Notes: a model not told the origin generated them from the sequence alone. Positions 51,556-63,500 are shown, counted from the stretch's first letter. The stretch is DNA of 64,000 nucleotides from Chiloscyllium plagiosum (GCF_004010195.1 NC_057719.1:15158974-15222973); one strand, 5' to 3'. Translations and numbers: made by a program.

Positions 51556-51916
51556 CCAGCCTTCCATCCACTGACTCCATCTATACTTCTTGCTGACTAA
51601 GGTAGCACCCAACATAATCAAATATCCCCTCCCAGCCCGGTTATACTCTCCCCCACCCTCTTCCATCAGGAAGACGATAGAAAAGTTTGAAAACACATAC
51701 CAACAGATTCAAGAATAGCTTCCTCCCCACTGTTACCAGACTTATGAACAGACTTCTCATATATTAGAGTTGATCTTTCTCTGCACCTTCTCTGTAGCTG
51801 TAACACTACATAAGGACATAAGAATGCATAATGTAAAGCTTAACTTGCCTGCACAGCACACAAAACAATATTTTTCACTATCTCAATACATATGACAATA
51901 ATAAATCAAATCAAAT
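51556..51916 (+). mobile_element. Rex1/Babar-clade LINE 3' end
   Basis: LPSTDSIYTSC...HPLPSGRR*KSLKTHTNRFKNSFLPTVTRLMN; tail CATATGACAATAATAAATCAAATCAAAT. Confidence 0.82.
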
Positions 51917-52989
51917 GCATCTGTGGAATGGAAGCAGCAAATCTGACTTTGTCCATATCAGAATGTGTGTGGACCTCACAGCATCCAATAGAATTTCTGA
52001 GCTTTAATGCTCTCTTTTCCTAACTTAATTTGCACAATACATTTATAACATAACAAGTGAAACTGCTATATTTTCTTCCAAGAAATATCAAGCACTAATG
52101 CAATCATATTTACAAATCTGTCACAATTACATTATGCAAATCCACAGATTGGTCTATGAACTGGAAATCTATATTGCTTGTATATAGCACCCTTCCAAGT
52201 TTTCAGCATTCAAGTTTAAAATAGCAAGCAGCAAAAATTTAGCTTAAAAAAAATCAATGATTAGTTTATTATAAAATTATTGATGGAATTTATTAAGTTA
52301 AATAAAAAAATGTATTAAATAAAATCCAGGTATAAAATGGAAAAGTACATACAGATAAAAGATACTTACAAAGATGAGAATAAGATCATTTTGGGATTAT
52401 TGCAATAAAAAGCAAAAGAACTGCACATGCTGGAAATCAGAAACAAAATGAGAAATTGCTGGAAATTGCTGAACTTTTCCAGCAATTTCTGATTCTGATT
52501 TTGGTATCATTCCAGTTCTGCTACTTGTTTGCAAATTCTCTTTTTATGATGGTGAAATTTCAAATCAGAACTCATTAGTTTTGACAGCTACTGATATGGA
52601 GTTGTTGGAGTTTGTTTGTATGGGTGGACTGTTACTTCACTGGGATAGTATGCTTGAAATTAAGCCCCAGTATTCCCAGAGTAGTGTTAAAACATTAAAG
52701 ATTTTATTACAGCACACAAAATTCCTCAATTTACCTGTCTCTTTAGACCCAGGTTAATAGAAAACACAAGTCAGGTGGCTATACTTAACAAGATGACTGT
52801 TTACGATGAATAAGTGGACTCTAGATACAAGTAACAAATATGAATAGTTAAAATTCCAATCCTTTTTTAAAAACTTCCCCTACAAACATAGTTACAGACA
52901 GAAAAACATTGGTGTCATGGATGGAGGTAAAAGAAACTAATAAGGCAGTTTAATGGTAGTTATCTTAGCTGAGATTATGCTGTTGTTGA

Positions 52990-54474
52990 GGCAAAAGTGA
53001 GGACTGCAGATAGGGTCGTAGAGTCATAGAGATGTACAGCATGGAAACAGACCCTTCGGTCCAACCCATCCATGCCAACCAGATATCCCAACCTAATCTA
53101 GTCCCACCTGCCAGCACCTGGCCCATATCCCTCCAAACCCTTCCTATTCATATACATTGTACCAGCCTCCACCACTTCCTCTGGCAGCTCATTCCATACA
53201 CGTACCACTCTGTGTGTGAAAAGGTTGCCCCTGAGGCCTCTTTTATATCTTTCCCCTCTCACCCTAAACCTATGCCCTCTAGTTCTGGACTCCCCGACCC
53301 CAGGGAAAAGACTTTGTCTATTTATCCTATCCATGCCCCTCATAATTTTGTAAACCTTTATAAGGTCACCCCTCAGCCTCCGGTGCTCCAGGGTAAACAG
53401 CCCCAGCCTGTTCAGCCACTCCATATAGCTCAAATCCTCCATCCCTGGCAACATCCTTGTAAATCTTTTCTGAACCCTTTCAAGTTTCACAACATCAAAT
53501 AGGAAGGAGGCCAGAATTACACGCAATATTCCAACAATGGCCTAACCAAAGTCCTGTACAGCCTCAACATGACCTCCCAAGTCCTGTACTCAATACTCTG
53601 ACCAATAAAAGAAAGGATACCAAATGCCTTCTTTACTATCCTATCTACCTGCGACTCCACTTTGAAGGAGCTATGGACCTGCACTTCAATGTCTCTTTGT
53701 TCAGCAACTCTCCCTTGGACCTTACCATTAAGTGTATAAGTACTGCTAAGATTTGCTTTCCCAAAATGCAACACCTCGCATTTATCGGAATTAAACTCCA
53801 TCTGCCACTTCTCAGCTCATTGGCCCACCTGGTCAAGATCCTGTTGTACTCTGAGGTAACCCTCTTGGCTGTCCACTAGATCTCCAATTTTGGTGTCATC
53901 TGCAAACTTACTAACTGTACCTCTTATGCTTGCATCCAAATCATTTATGTAAATGACAAAAAGTAGAGGACTCAGCACCGATCCATGTGACACTCCACTG
54001 GTCACAGGCTTCCAGTCTGAAAAACAACCCTCCACCACCACCACCTTCTGTCTTCTACCTTTGAACCTGTTCTGTATCCAAATGGCTAGTTCTCCCTGTA
54101 TTCAGTGTGATCTAACCTTGCTAATCAGTCTCCCATGGGGAACCTTGTTGAACGCTTTATATAGTCCATATAGATCACATCTACCACTCTGCCCTCATCA
54201 ATCTTCTTTGTAACTTCTTCAAAAAACTCAATCAAGTTTGTGAGACATGATTTCCCACACACAAAGCCATGTTGACTGTCCCTAATCAGTCCTTGCTTTT
54301 CCAAATACATGCACATCCTGTCCCTCAGGATTTCCTCCAACACCTTGTTCACAACTGACGTCAGGCTCATTGGTCTATATGCTGGAGATTAGAGTGGGGC
54401 TGGAAAAGCACAGCAGGTCAGGCAGCATCCAAGGAGCAGGAAAATCAACGTTTCGGGCAGGAGCCCTTCATCAG
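52990..54474 (-). mobile_element. PLE-type mini-element (parts 52990-53011 and ~54379-54474) split by CR1
   Basis: GTGAGGACTGCAGAT | GCTGGAGATTAG contiguous across the CR1; hammerhead CUGAUGA-A-GGGC UCCU GCCC-GAAA-CGUU at 54443-54474 (-). Confidence 0.82.
53015..54378 (-). mobile_element. CR1 LINE RT and 3' end
   Basis: RDSQHGFVCGKSCLTNLIEFFE, KFADDTK, LYRTLVRPLLEYCV, RTRGH. Confidence 0.94.
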
Positions 54475-54867
54475 CAATTATGGTTTTGTTTGCCAGGACT
54501 TATTGTTTTTCAATCTCTCTTCTCCAAGTAAGTTTCACTTCCTTGCAGGAGGCACAGAGCAACTGGTTTATAAACGATGAAATCTCTAACTTATTGGCTA
54601 TAAGCAACAGTTTACATTAATCAGTGAAAGGCAATAACTGGCTTTCCTAAGGCTTCAAGTATTTTCCACCTCCACTTCTGGAGATCCAAAGGCTTCTGGC
54701 AATATTATTCACATCCTTAGGTTGTTCAGCTACCCAGGAGCCAACCACACTGTTGTTGACAGACAAGTTGGCTTTGCCATCCACAACTGGTCACCACTTC
54801 ACTAAAGGATACCACTTTGTACCCAACACCAGCCCACCTGCGACAAACCTCCAACATTGGTTTAATC

Positions 54868-55112
54868 GTAGAAACCCTACAGCAGGCAAGCAGGAATTTG
54901 GCCCTTCAGGTCCACGCCAAACCCCTCCAAAGAGCATCCCACCTAGACCCATCCCACCCTGCATTGTCCATGATAATCCACCTCACCTTTGGGAGGAAAC
55001 CTGTACAGATATGGGGAGAACATGAAAACTCCACACACACACACAGTCACCTGAGGCTGGAATCAAACCCGGGTCCATGGCACCATGAGACAGCACTAAA
55101 CCACCATGCCAT
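54868..55112 (-). mobile_element. HE1-type SINE, strongly diverged
   Basis: Residual V-domain and head. Confidence 0.7.
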
Positions 55113-55312
55113 CTTAATAAAGCAGCAGTGTGAACACCACTTACAATGAGCTTTAGTAATTTACTAATCGAAAAGGCAGCAATTCCTTCCACAATCTGCT
55201 GCTTTTAGAACCGTCCTTTTTTTATTTCAGTCCACATTCAAAATACAGGAAAAAAAAGGTACTGTACTTACAAGACTCAATGGGTAAAATAGAGATAACA
55301 CAATAGACAGAG

Positions 55313-55313
55313 C

Positions 55314-55343
<30 letters not shown>
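55313..55343. repeat. (GA)n microsatellite
   Basis: Direct reading. Confidence 0.9.
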
Positions 55344-55344
<1 letters not shown>

Positions 55345-55922
55345 CCATAAGACATAAGAGTAGAATCAGGCCTTTCAGCCCATTCAGTCTTCTCCACCAT
55401 TCAATGAGATCATGACTGATCTGAAATTTCTCAGCAAGACTTTCCTACCTTTTCCCCTTAGCCCTTGATTCCCCTCCTTCCTAATCTCTGTCTTAACTGG
55501 ATGACCCAAACTAGAGATATTGCCATTTAGTCCTCAATTCCCTCAAGGAGAAACAACCTGTCTGCACCTACCCTGACAACTGTCCCCTATGAAACCTGCA
55601 TGTTTCACCAAAGATATCTCTCATTCTTCTAGACTGCAATGAATACAGGTCCAACCTCCACAACTTGTCAGAAGAAAATCTTTCCTGATCCAGGATTAAC
55701 CAAATGAACCTTCTCTTGACTGCCTCCAAACTTGTATGTCTATCCTTAGATAAGTGGACAAAAACTGTTCACAGTAGTCTATCTGTGATTTCACGTATGC
55801 CTTGTATAGATTTAGCAAGATCTCCCTATATTCTTTTCAAAGGGAATACAAAATAAAGGTTGACATTTCATTTGTCTTGTGTATTACCTGTTAAACTTGA
55901 ATGTTAGCTTTTTATGATTCAT
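55345..55922 (-). mobile_element. Old CR1 3' region
   Basis: 3'UTR motifs and decayed RT C-terminus. Confidence 0.75.
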
Positions 55923-56642
55923 GCAGCAGAACAGAGAGAGCGGCGCGAGCTGGGCGGAAGTGAGGTTGGAGCGCAGAGCTGGTCGGGAAGGTTAGTGACT
56001 GATATATAAAGAACTTGCCTCGACGCCAACGGTCTTCTCACAGCAGAGAGTGGCGCGAGCTGGGTGGAAGTGAGGTTGGAGCGCAGAGCTGGTCGGGAAG
56101 GTAAGTGACTGATATTTGAGTGGGTGTGTTCTAGACCCCAGGCCCTAGGGCCTCCCTCCCATCCTCCTCCTCTAACCTAATTTTAAAGTCCACAGGTAAG
56201 CTACTCAGTGTTCTTGTTTTCGGAGACGAGGTGTAGAGTAATGGCAGCGCAGGCAGTGGAATGTTCCTAGTGCAGGATGTTCGAGGTAGGGGTGACCACC
56301 GATACTCCTGCCGACTTCATCTGCAGGAAATGCAGTCAGATCCTGCTCCTCACAGTACGAGTTAGGGAACAGGAATTGGAGTTGGATGAACTGAGAATTA
56401 TTCGAGAGGCTGATAGATAGAAGCTACAGGGACATAGCTACGCCAGAGAACAGAGGTAGCTGGGTAACAGTTAGAGGTGGGAAGGGGAGGAAGCAGGCAG
56501 TGCAGGGATCCCCTGTGGTCGTTCCCCTAAACAATAGGTATACCGCTTTGGATACTGATGGGGTAGCAGGGGTAAGCTGCAGTGACCGGGTCTGTGGCGC
56601 GAGGTCTGGCTCTGAGACTCAGAAGGGAAAGGGGGAGAGGAG
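55923..56642 (+). mobile_element. CR1 5' end: repeated 5'UTR units and ORF1 N-terminus (zinc finger/coiled coil), 3'-truncated
   Basis: 71-bp repeats 55935-56005 / 56045-56115; ATG 56241 MAAQAVECS*CRMFEV...FICRKCSQ...ELELDELRIIREA; VPLNNRYTALDT. Confidence 0.85.
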
Positions 56643-57445
56643 GTTTCCATTTATTGGATCTTTTTTTTCTATTTTCAGCCTCTTATTAAGAAACAATTCT
56701 GTTCTGATGTAAGGGCAATAAATTTGCTTCACCATGTGAATATTGCAGAATAGCAATTATTTTGGCGGTTTATGAAAGGCATCTGGAAAATGTTTATGTC
56801 TATGAATATGAGCATAGGATCTTGAATCAAAGTATTCATTTATTTTCGTGTTCAACAATATTCCCAAGGTAAATTATTGAGTTGTGACATAAAAATGATA
56901 TTTGAGAATGCTGTGTTTTTAGGAGAGGGGCCTTTCAGATGTTTATGAAACCTTTTGAAGTTTGGTTTGGAATAAATATTTCATGTCATCACTGACATGT
57001 GCATTTTGCTGGTTTGGCTGATTTTAACATTTTTGAATAATGGTTATACACAGTGTACACGTTTCATGTGGAGCCATTTTGGTATGCTACAGTGCTGTTA
57101 GTTTTATTTGATGCTCCTCATAGCCATTAAAATTGCAGCATAGTTTATTGTTGTATTATACTTGACTTTCTGGAATATGTTTTAGGATGTTCTCTGCTGT
57201 TTTTATTTTTCTTGCTGTACATGAATTTTTGCATTCTTTTTACTTTTCTATTCATACCTGAAATAAGGCCTTTGAGAGTTTGGTTCCAGTGGCCATGTTG
57301 CAATGACTTAATCTGTCTGATTTCATTTCCAGAATGATTAAATTGATGTCTAGCAGTAATAGCAAAGAAAGAAGTATCAATTGAGGTTAAGTACATACAG
57401 GTGGAGTCATTCAGTGGTTTCTTGAGTGCATATAAAGTGATACCT

Positions 57446-57560
57446 GGGCTATGGTGTCACAATGGTAGTGTCCCTAACACTGGGCTAGGAGATCCAGTTC
57501 AAGTCCCATTTGCTCCATAAGGGGTGTCCTAAAATCTTGAACAGATTGATTAGAAAATAT
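57446..57560 (+). mobile_element. ~110-nt tRNA-like short SINE (same family as 44351-44735)
   Basis: GTTCAAGTCCC...GAACAGATTGATTAGAAAAT. Confidence 0.65.
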
Positions 57561-58194
57561 TTATGAAGTGATACTGTAACAGGTGTGGAATCAGGAAATA
57601 TAATACCTTTAATGTTTTACGCTGTGACTGAATTTGTTCTAAACAAAAGATTGGTTAAGGTTTCTTCAGCATCTGGCTAACAGAAGTATAACAACGTAAC
57701 TTCTGGATATTCCGAGGAAATTTATAACCTATAAACATTTTCAAAATGTAGGTGCTGTTGTGTTCTCAAAGGATTGATCATTGGCGCCCTCCTATTTGTC
57801 ATCTATATGTTTGACCTTGGTAATGTCATCCAAAATCATTTCCACATGTATGCTGGCAACACCTAGCTTTATTTCACTACCACTTATTTTACCAACACTT
57901 TGGTTGTTCCTATATTGTCAAACTGCTTATCTGACAGGCAACATTAGTTTAGTTTAGATTAGATTAGATTGAGAAGAAATTTCCTCCAACTAAATCATGG
58001 AAACACTGATGCCATTGTCAAAAGATGTTCCCTAGTCATTGGCTCTCTTTCTTGCAACTATCAGAGTCTGTCTGACCCAGGCAATTCTCAACCTGGTTTA
58101 ATATTTGATTCGAAGATGAGCTTCTGACCACACATCTGTATCATCTCTCAAAGTCCATATCCACCCCCATACCGTTGCCCAATATCTTCTCAGA

Positions 58195-58440
58195 ATTGGC
58201 CCAGCAGTGGAAAATGGTGCGTAAAGAGTGACATCTTCAACATTGGTAGGATCTGGTGTGCACAGCGGCAAGGTGGTGGAGGAAGCATGGCGGCACAGGC
58301 ATTGTTGATGGTGAGCTGGCTCAGGATTGATGGACTCTCTCAGCTATATATTAGTTCTTATTCTTAAAATTATTTAAAATAGTGCCAGATTGTGACGACA
58401 GTGGAAATACTGTAAAATACACATGACAATAAAATCAACC
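58195..58440 (+). mobile_element. Non-coding element with Rex1/Babar-type tail
   Basis: ACTGTAAAATACACATGACAATAAAATC. Confidence 0.45.
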
Positions 58441-58678
58441 ATCTCTCCCTCCTTCCCTCCCTCCCTCCCTCCATCAATCCATCCATCCAACTCCTCATTT
58501 AAGTTTCTGTTGCCTTACATTTGACTACTGCACCACATTCCTGGCTGGCTCCCAAGTTAAGCATTAAAATATTCCAAGCCTTGTGGTCCATCTTCTAACT
58601 CTCACCAATTTCCATTTAATTAGACCACCCACGTGCTCCTACATGGTTAGCTCCTTGTTAACTAACACTTGATTTTCA

Positions 58679-58880
58679 TGATTTGGAGGTGCCGCTGTTG
58701 GACTGGGGTGTACAAAGTTAAAAATCTCGCAACACCAGGTGATAGTCCAACAGGTTTATTAGCAGCACTGGCTTTCAGAGAGCTGCTCCTTCACAACCAT
58801 CTGATGAAGGAGCAGCGCTCAGAAAGCTAGTGCTTCTAAATAAACCTGTTGGACAATAACCTGGTGTCGTGTGATTTTTA
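58679..58880. mobile_element. 202-bp palindromic PLE-type mini-element with hammerhead (family C) and 12-bp TSD
   Basis: TSD ACTTGATTTTCA at 58667-58678 and 58881-58892; arms 58715-58793 and 58805-58884. Confidence 0.85.
58798..58832 (+). ncRNA. Minimal hammerhead ribozyme motif (family C)
   Basis: CAU-CUGAUGA-A-GGAGC AGC GCUCA-GAAA-GCUA-GUG; one mismatch at the base of stem II. Confidence 0.6.
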
Positions 58881-59299
58881 ACTTGATTTTCAAATTCTCA
58901 TCCTTTATTTTCATGCTATTATCCTTCCCTATTTTGGTAATCTTGTCCAACCCTTAGAGATATCTCCAATTTTGGCCTCTTGAGCATCCTCATATGTAAG
59001 CAAAATACTATTTTAAACACATCTCTTTGATCAATTGCCCCTAATATTTCCTTAGGTAACCCAAATTAAATTTTATTTGATATTGCTCCATCAAGTTCTT
59101 TGGAACAGTTTATTACTTTGAATGCAAGTTGTTCCAGTTGTTGTTGTAGCAAGTGCAATTACTTTTGCATAGCACGTTCCTACAAATAAGAAATGACCAA
59201 GTTACCTGGTTTGAGGTATTAGCTGAGACACAAATGTTAGCGAAGACATTGTGAAAATTTCCCCCATCAAACAGTGGAGTGGCACCTTTTAAACATCAG

Positions 59300-59465
59300 C
59301 TCTGGCTTAGTTGGTGGCACTTTTGCCTGAGTCAGAAGTTTGTGGGTTCTAGTCCCATTACTGGATTTGAGCACTAAATCAAAACTGATATTCCAGTGCA
59401 GTTCTGCCGTGCTTGCTATACTGTTGGAGGTGCTGTCTTTTGGATGAGGTGCTAAACTGAGGCAT
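59300..59465 (+). mobile_element. DeuSINE (SacSINE1-like) 5' part
   Basis: tRNA head, then CCAGTGCAG...TGTTGGAGGTGCTGTCTTTTGGATGAGGTGCTAAACTGAGGC (Deu-like domain). Confidence 0.7.
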
Positions 59466-59474
59466 TTCCTGCTA

Positions 59475-60180
59475 TCTTGAATGCGGAATACAGGGTTAAT
59501 GGTAGGGTTCTTAGTCAGGTGGAGGAACAGAGGGATCTTGGGGTCTATGTACATAGATCTTTGAAGGTTGCCACTCAGGTGGATAGAGTTTGTAAGAAGG
59601 CCTATGGAGTATTATCGTTCATTAGCAGAGGGATTGAATTCAACAGTCGTGAATTGATGTTGCAACTGTACAGGACTTTGGTTAGGTCACATTTGGAGTA
59701 CTGTGTGCAGTTCTGGTCGCCTCACTTTAGGAAAGATGTGGAAGCTTTGGAGAGGGTGCAGAGAAGGTTTACCAGGATGTTGCCTGGAATGGAGAATAGG
59801 TCGTACGAGGATAGGTTGATAGTGCTAGGCCTTTTCTCGTTGGAACGGCGAAGGATAAGGGGTGACTTGATAGAGGTTTATAAGATGATCAGAGGAATAG
59901 ATAGAGTAGACAGTCAGAAACTTTTTCCCCGGGTGCAACAGAGTGTTACAAGGGGACATAAATTTAAGGTGAAGGGTGGAAGGTATAGGGGAGATGTCAG
60001 GGTGGGTTCTTTACCCAGAGAGTGGTGGGGGCATGGAATGCGCTGCCTGTGGGAGTGGTAGAGTCAGAATCTTTGGTGACCTTTAAGCGGCAATGGATGG
60101 GTGCTTAAGCTAGGACAAATGTTCGGCACAACATCGTGGGCCGAAGGGCCTGTTCTGTGCTGTATTGTTCTATGTTCTAT
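59475..60180 (+). mobile_element. Young CR1 3' end
   Basis: Open for ~175 codons: QRDLGVYVHRSLKVATQV...LYRTLVRSHLEYCVQFWSP...TRGHKFKV; (GTTCTAT)n tail. Confidence 0.93.
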
Positions 60181-61915
60181 GCAGCCCAAATCTCTCGGTG
60201 CTATAGCTTCCTGCAGTCTTTTTTCATTTACATCATATTCAGCTCATTAAAAACATAAGAACACAGAGAAGGGGAAGGCCTTTGATCCTTCGAGCTTGCT
60301 TAGCCATTCAATATGATAGTGGATGACTGTCCAACTCGGTTCCCTTTCCTCCTTTCTCCCCATACCCAATGAGCCCTTTAGCCCTAAGGACTGTATCTGA
60401 CTCCTTATTGAAAGCATTCAATGTTTTGACCTCATTCACTTTCTGTGACAACTCCTTTATTCGCTGTGACCAAGTGCATAATCATACATTTCCCACACTA
60501 TATTCCATCTACCAAATTTTTGTCCACTCACCCAACCTGTCTTTCATCCCTCTGTAGATTGCATCATCCTCTCCACTTCTCATCTATTTTTTCCTCAACC
60601 AGAAACTTGGCTATAAGAAACTCAATTTCCTCTTGACTCATTAATATATATTATAAATAATTGTTTCCCAGCACTAATCCTTATGGCACTCCCTTTATCC
60701 CAACTCACAAACTTCTATTAGTCAGCTAATCCTCTATGCATGTTCTTAACCTTATTAAGATAGGCTTACATGTGGCCCCATATCAAATGCTTTCTGGAAA
60801 TCCAGACATATTACATCCATGGTTCCCCTTTATCTATCCTGTTTGTTACTCGCTCAGAATTATAGTAAATTTGTCAAGCATGGTTTCCCCTTCATGAAAC
60901 TATGGGGATTCTGTTTGATAATGTTATCCATTTCTAAATTTTCCTATTACAGCTTTTATAATAGACTCTAACATTTTCCTAGTGACAGGTGGTAAGCTAG
61001 TTGGCCTATAATTACCTGTTTTTTGTCTGCCTTCCTTTTTAATAAGGATGTTATATTGGCAGTTTTCTAATCCTCTGACTTTTAAAGATTGCTGGAAGAT
61101 TGCTGATGCCAATTAGGTCCAAGGATACATTTGTCTTTCGCCTATTTGTTTCCATAGTAATTTTTAACTAGTAATAATTATCATGTTCCTTGATTATTTA
61201 GGAATTTTGAAATGCTATTAGTGTCTTCTACCGTGAAAGTCCAACATTTCCTGATTCCACATTAATTCCCATCTTCATTGTCAAAAGGGGTTTTGTTCAC
61301 TACTGCTTTTCTCTTCACTTTTGTATATTTAAAGAAGCATTTGTTGCCCATCTTGTTATTACTTGATATTTTCTACTTCTATATCTGTGTTGATCATCTT
61401 TTGTTGTTTTTAAAAACTTTCCCAAACCTCTGGATTATTATTAATCTTTACTACATTGTACTTTCGTTTTCAATGTAATGCTATCCTTAACTTCCTTGAT
61501 TAACCATGGTTAACTTATCTCCTTCCTAGAATTTCTCTTCCTCACTGGGATCTATCTTTGCTGTGATACAGGATTTATTTTATTTTAAATATCTGCCCCT
61601 GTTCCTCAACTGTCTTTGCTGCGAAGTTATCTTCCCAGTCCACACTACCTTTATTCCTTTGTAATTACCATTATTTAAATTTAGCACTGTTATCTCTAAC
61701 CCAGGTTTCTTGCTCTCAAAATGAATGCTAAATTTTGTTGTGTTTTGATAACTGTTTTGGAAGGAATCTTTTAACTCCAAGATCATTTGTTAAACCTATG
61801 TTATTATACATCACAACATTCAAAATAGCTTGAGCCCTAATTAGATCCACAGAGTATTGTCCTGGGAAACTGTCCTGAATACACTTGTGGTAGTGTTCCC
61901 CTTGGCTACCTCTGC
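60181..61915 (-). mobile_element. Old CR1 ORF2 remnants with a nested CR1 tail (~60250-60450)
   Basis: KKEGRQKTGNYRPTSLPPVTRKMLESIIK; LNLNNGNYKG. Confidence 0.78.
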
Positions 61916-62853
61916 CACCCTGGCTCTCTCAGCCTAGATTGTCCTCAGTGAGGATTAAATTTGCATTGTAACTTCATAAATCTGTTGTACTGAATTTCAC
62001 ATTGAACTAAGCAAAATCGATTCATAATACTGACGGGATGGGTGTGGGAAAGGGAAGAGGAGAGCTGCAGTTACTAAATGGCAAAGGACCATGTGATAGC
62101 GAGGTTGAGAGATCCATCTTGCAGGAAGGGGTTTGAGAAGGAGGGGTGAAGGGGGTTTAAATGAGGTGTTAGAGGAAGATGTTCTGATTTCAGGGTGAGG
62201 AAGGAGATCAGAAATTTGAAGGGGGATTAGATGCCTGTGTTGGGGAGGAAGATCGGAGGCTGTATAATACAGGCAAGAAAGGCGATTGGAAGATTGTGGT
62301 ATGATCAGATGTCTCAGGGATAAGGCAGAGTGGAAAAGTACAGTGTGGTCCAAACATGGAGGCACCTCAGCACGCACACACAATCCAAATTGTGTGTGAA
62401 GCCAGTGATCATCTGATACCAGTAAGCCCTCACCTTGGTGAAACTAGTAAAAATGCCTGGTCCTGAAAATCTAGTCAACAAGAGTTAAAAGCTGAAAATC
62501 TGAAGCACATTGAGGCTGGCAACCTCTCCGATTTAAAGTTTCAACCTTTCTGTCTAGAGTATTAGTCATCCACCCACTTCCAACTTCAGTTACAGCTACA
62601 AGCGATTTTGAGAGAGGTTGGTTTAGCTCAGGAATTGAATTCCTCACCTGCCACTGCTTAAAATAATATTTTTCCCTTCTCCCCAAAGTGCAGTTTGTTC
62701 AACTAAAAGCAAAGGCTTATTTGTCACCTAATGATGGTTCCTATGACTAAAACTATGCTTTTGGGATGTTTGAAAGACAGGAATGTATATGCAACTTAAA
62801 GGTGAAGGTGTCACCCATGCCTCAGCTGGCAGCACTCATCACTGAACTACAAT

Positions 62854-63015
62854 AGGAGAAGGTGCAGACTACAGATGCTGTAGATCAGAGTGGAGAGTGT
62901 GGTGTTGGAAAAGCACAGCAGGTCAGGCAGCATCCGAGGAGCAGGAGAATCGACGTTTCAGGCAAGAGCCTTCATCAGGATTCATGTACTTTTCCAACAC
63001 CACACCCTTGACCCT
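62854..63015 (-). mobile_element. PLE-type mini-element with hammerhead (62948-62982) and a short inverted tail copy
   Basis: Reverse complement CTGATGAAGGCTCTTGCCTGAAACGTCG; CTTTTCCAACACCACAC is inverted relative to ~62896-62913. Confidence 0.8.
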
Positions 63016-63074
63016 GAACTACAATATCCCTATTTTGGGTTATGAATGCATAACAGCCAAAGCTCCAGAGCCAT

Positions 63075-63260
63075 GCAATGTCCGAGGTGCTGTCTTTTGA
63101 ATGAGATGTTAAGTCCAGGATCCCATCTGCCTGATCAGATCAATGTAAAAGACTGCATAACACTTTTTCATAGAATAATAGAGGAAGCATCCCTGCTGTG
63201 TTACTAAACTTCAATAACATCACATAATGAAGAAACAGATGCTCTGGTTATAGTCAACTT
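63075..63260 (+). mobile_element. DeuSINE Deu-domain remnant
   Basis: GAGGTGCTGTCTTTTGAATGAGATGTTAAG...CCCATCTGCC...GTAAAAGA. Confidence 0.6.
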
Positions 63261-63379
63261 TGTAATTTAAAAAAATGTTGGTGCAATACAGATATATTAG
63301 TCTTTAATGCTTGACACAATTGAAGCAGAACTCAAATGCAAAACAACAGTCAAAGCATTTCATGAAGTTCTATAGCAAA

Positions 63380-63500
63380 AGCCAAATACTGTGGAAATCT
63401 GAATTGAAATCAGAAAATGCTGAGACACCCAGCAGGTTTGATAATGTCTGTGGAGACAGAAACAAAGTTAATGTTTCAGGTCTGTAACTATTCTTGAGAG
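63380..63500 (-). mobile_element. Family-B PLE terminal fragment, decayed
   Basis: Homologous to 25225-25345. Confidence 0.5.

Larger units (their letters stand above)
52630..54845. mobile_element. Possible LTR hosting a PLE mini-element that itself hosts a CR1
   Basis: TGTTAC start and ...ACA end with LTR-like composition only; boundaries uncertain. Confidence 0.3.
57750..59148 (+). mobile_element. L2-clade LINE RT and 3' remnants with nested elements
   Basis: VLKGLIIGALLFVIYMFDLGNVI...FHMYAGNT*LY (decayed GVPQG and YADDTQLY); tail ending GCAAGTTGTT. Confidence 0.7.

Noticed and set aside
59477..60061. 194-aa open frame
   Set aside because: C-terminal part of CR1 ORF2 in a young truncated copy.
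61997..62383. 128-aa minus-strand ORF
   Set aside because: Low-complexity Pro/Ser/Leu-rich translation of purine-rich sequence; probably a decayed TE that I cannot classify.
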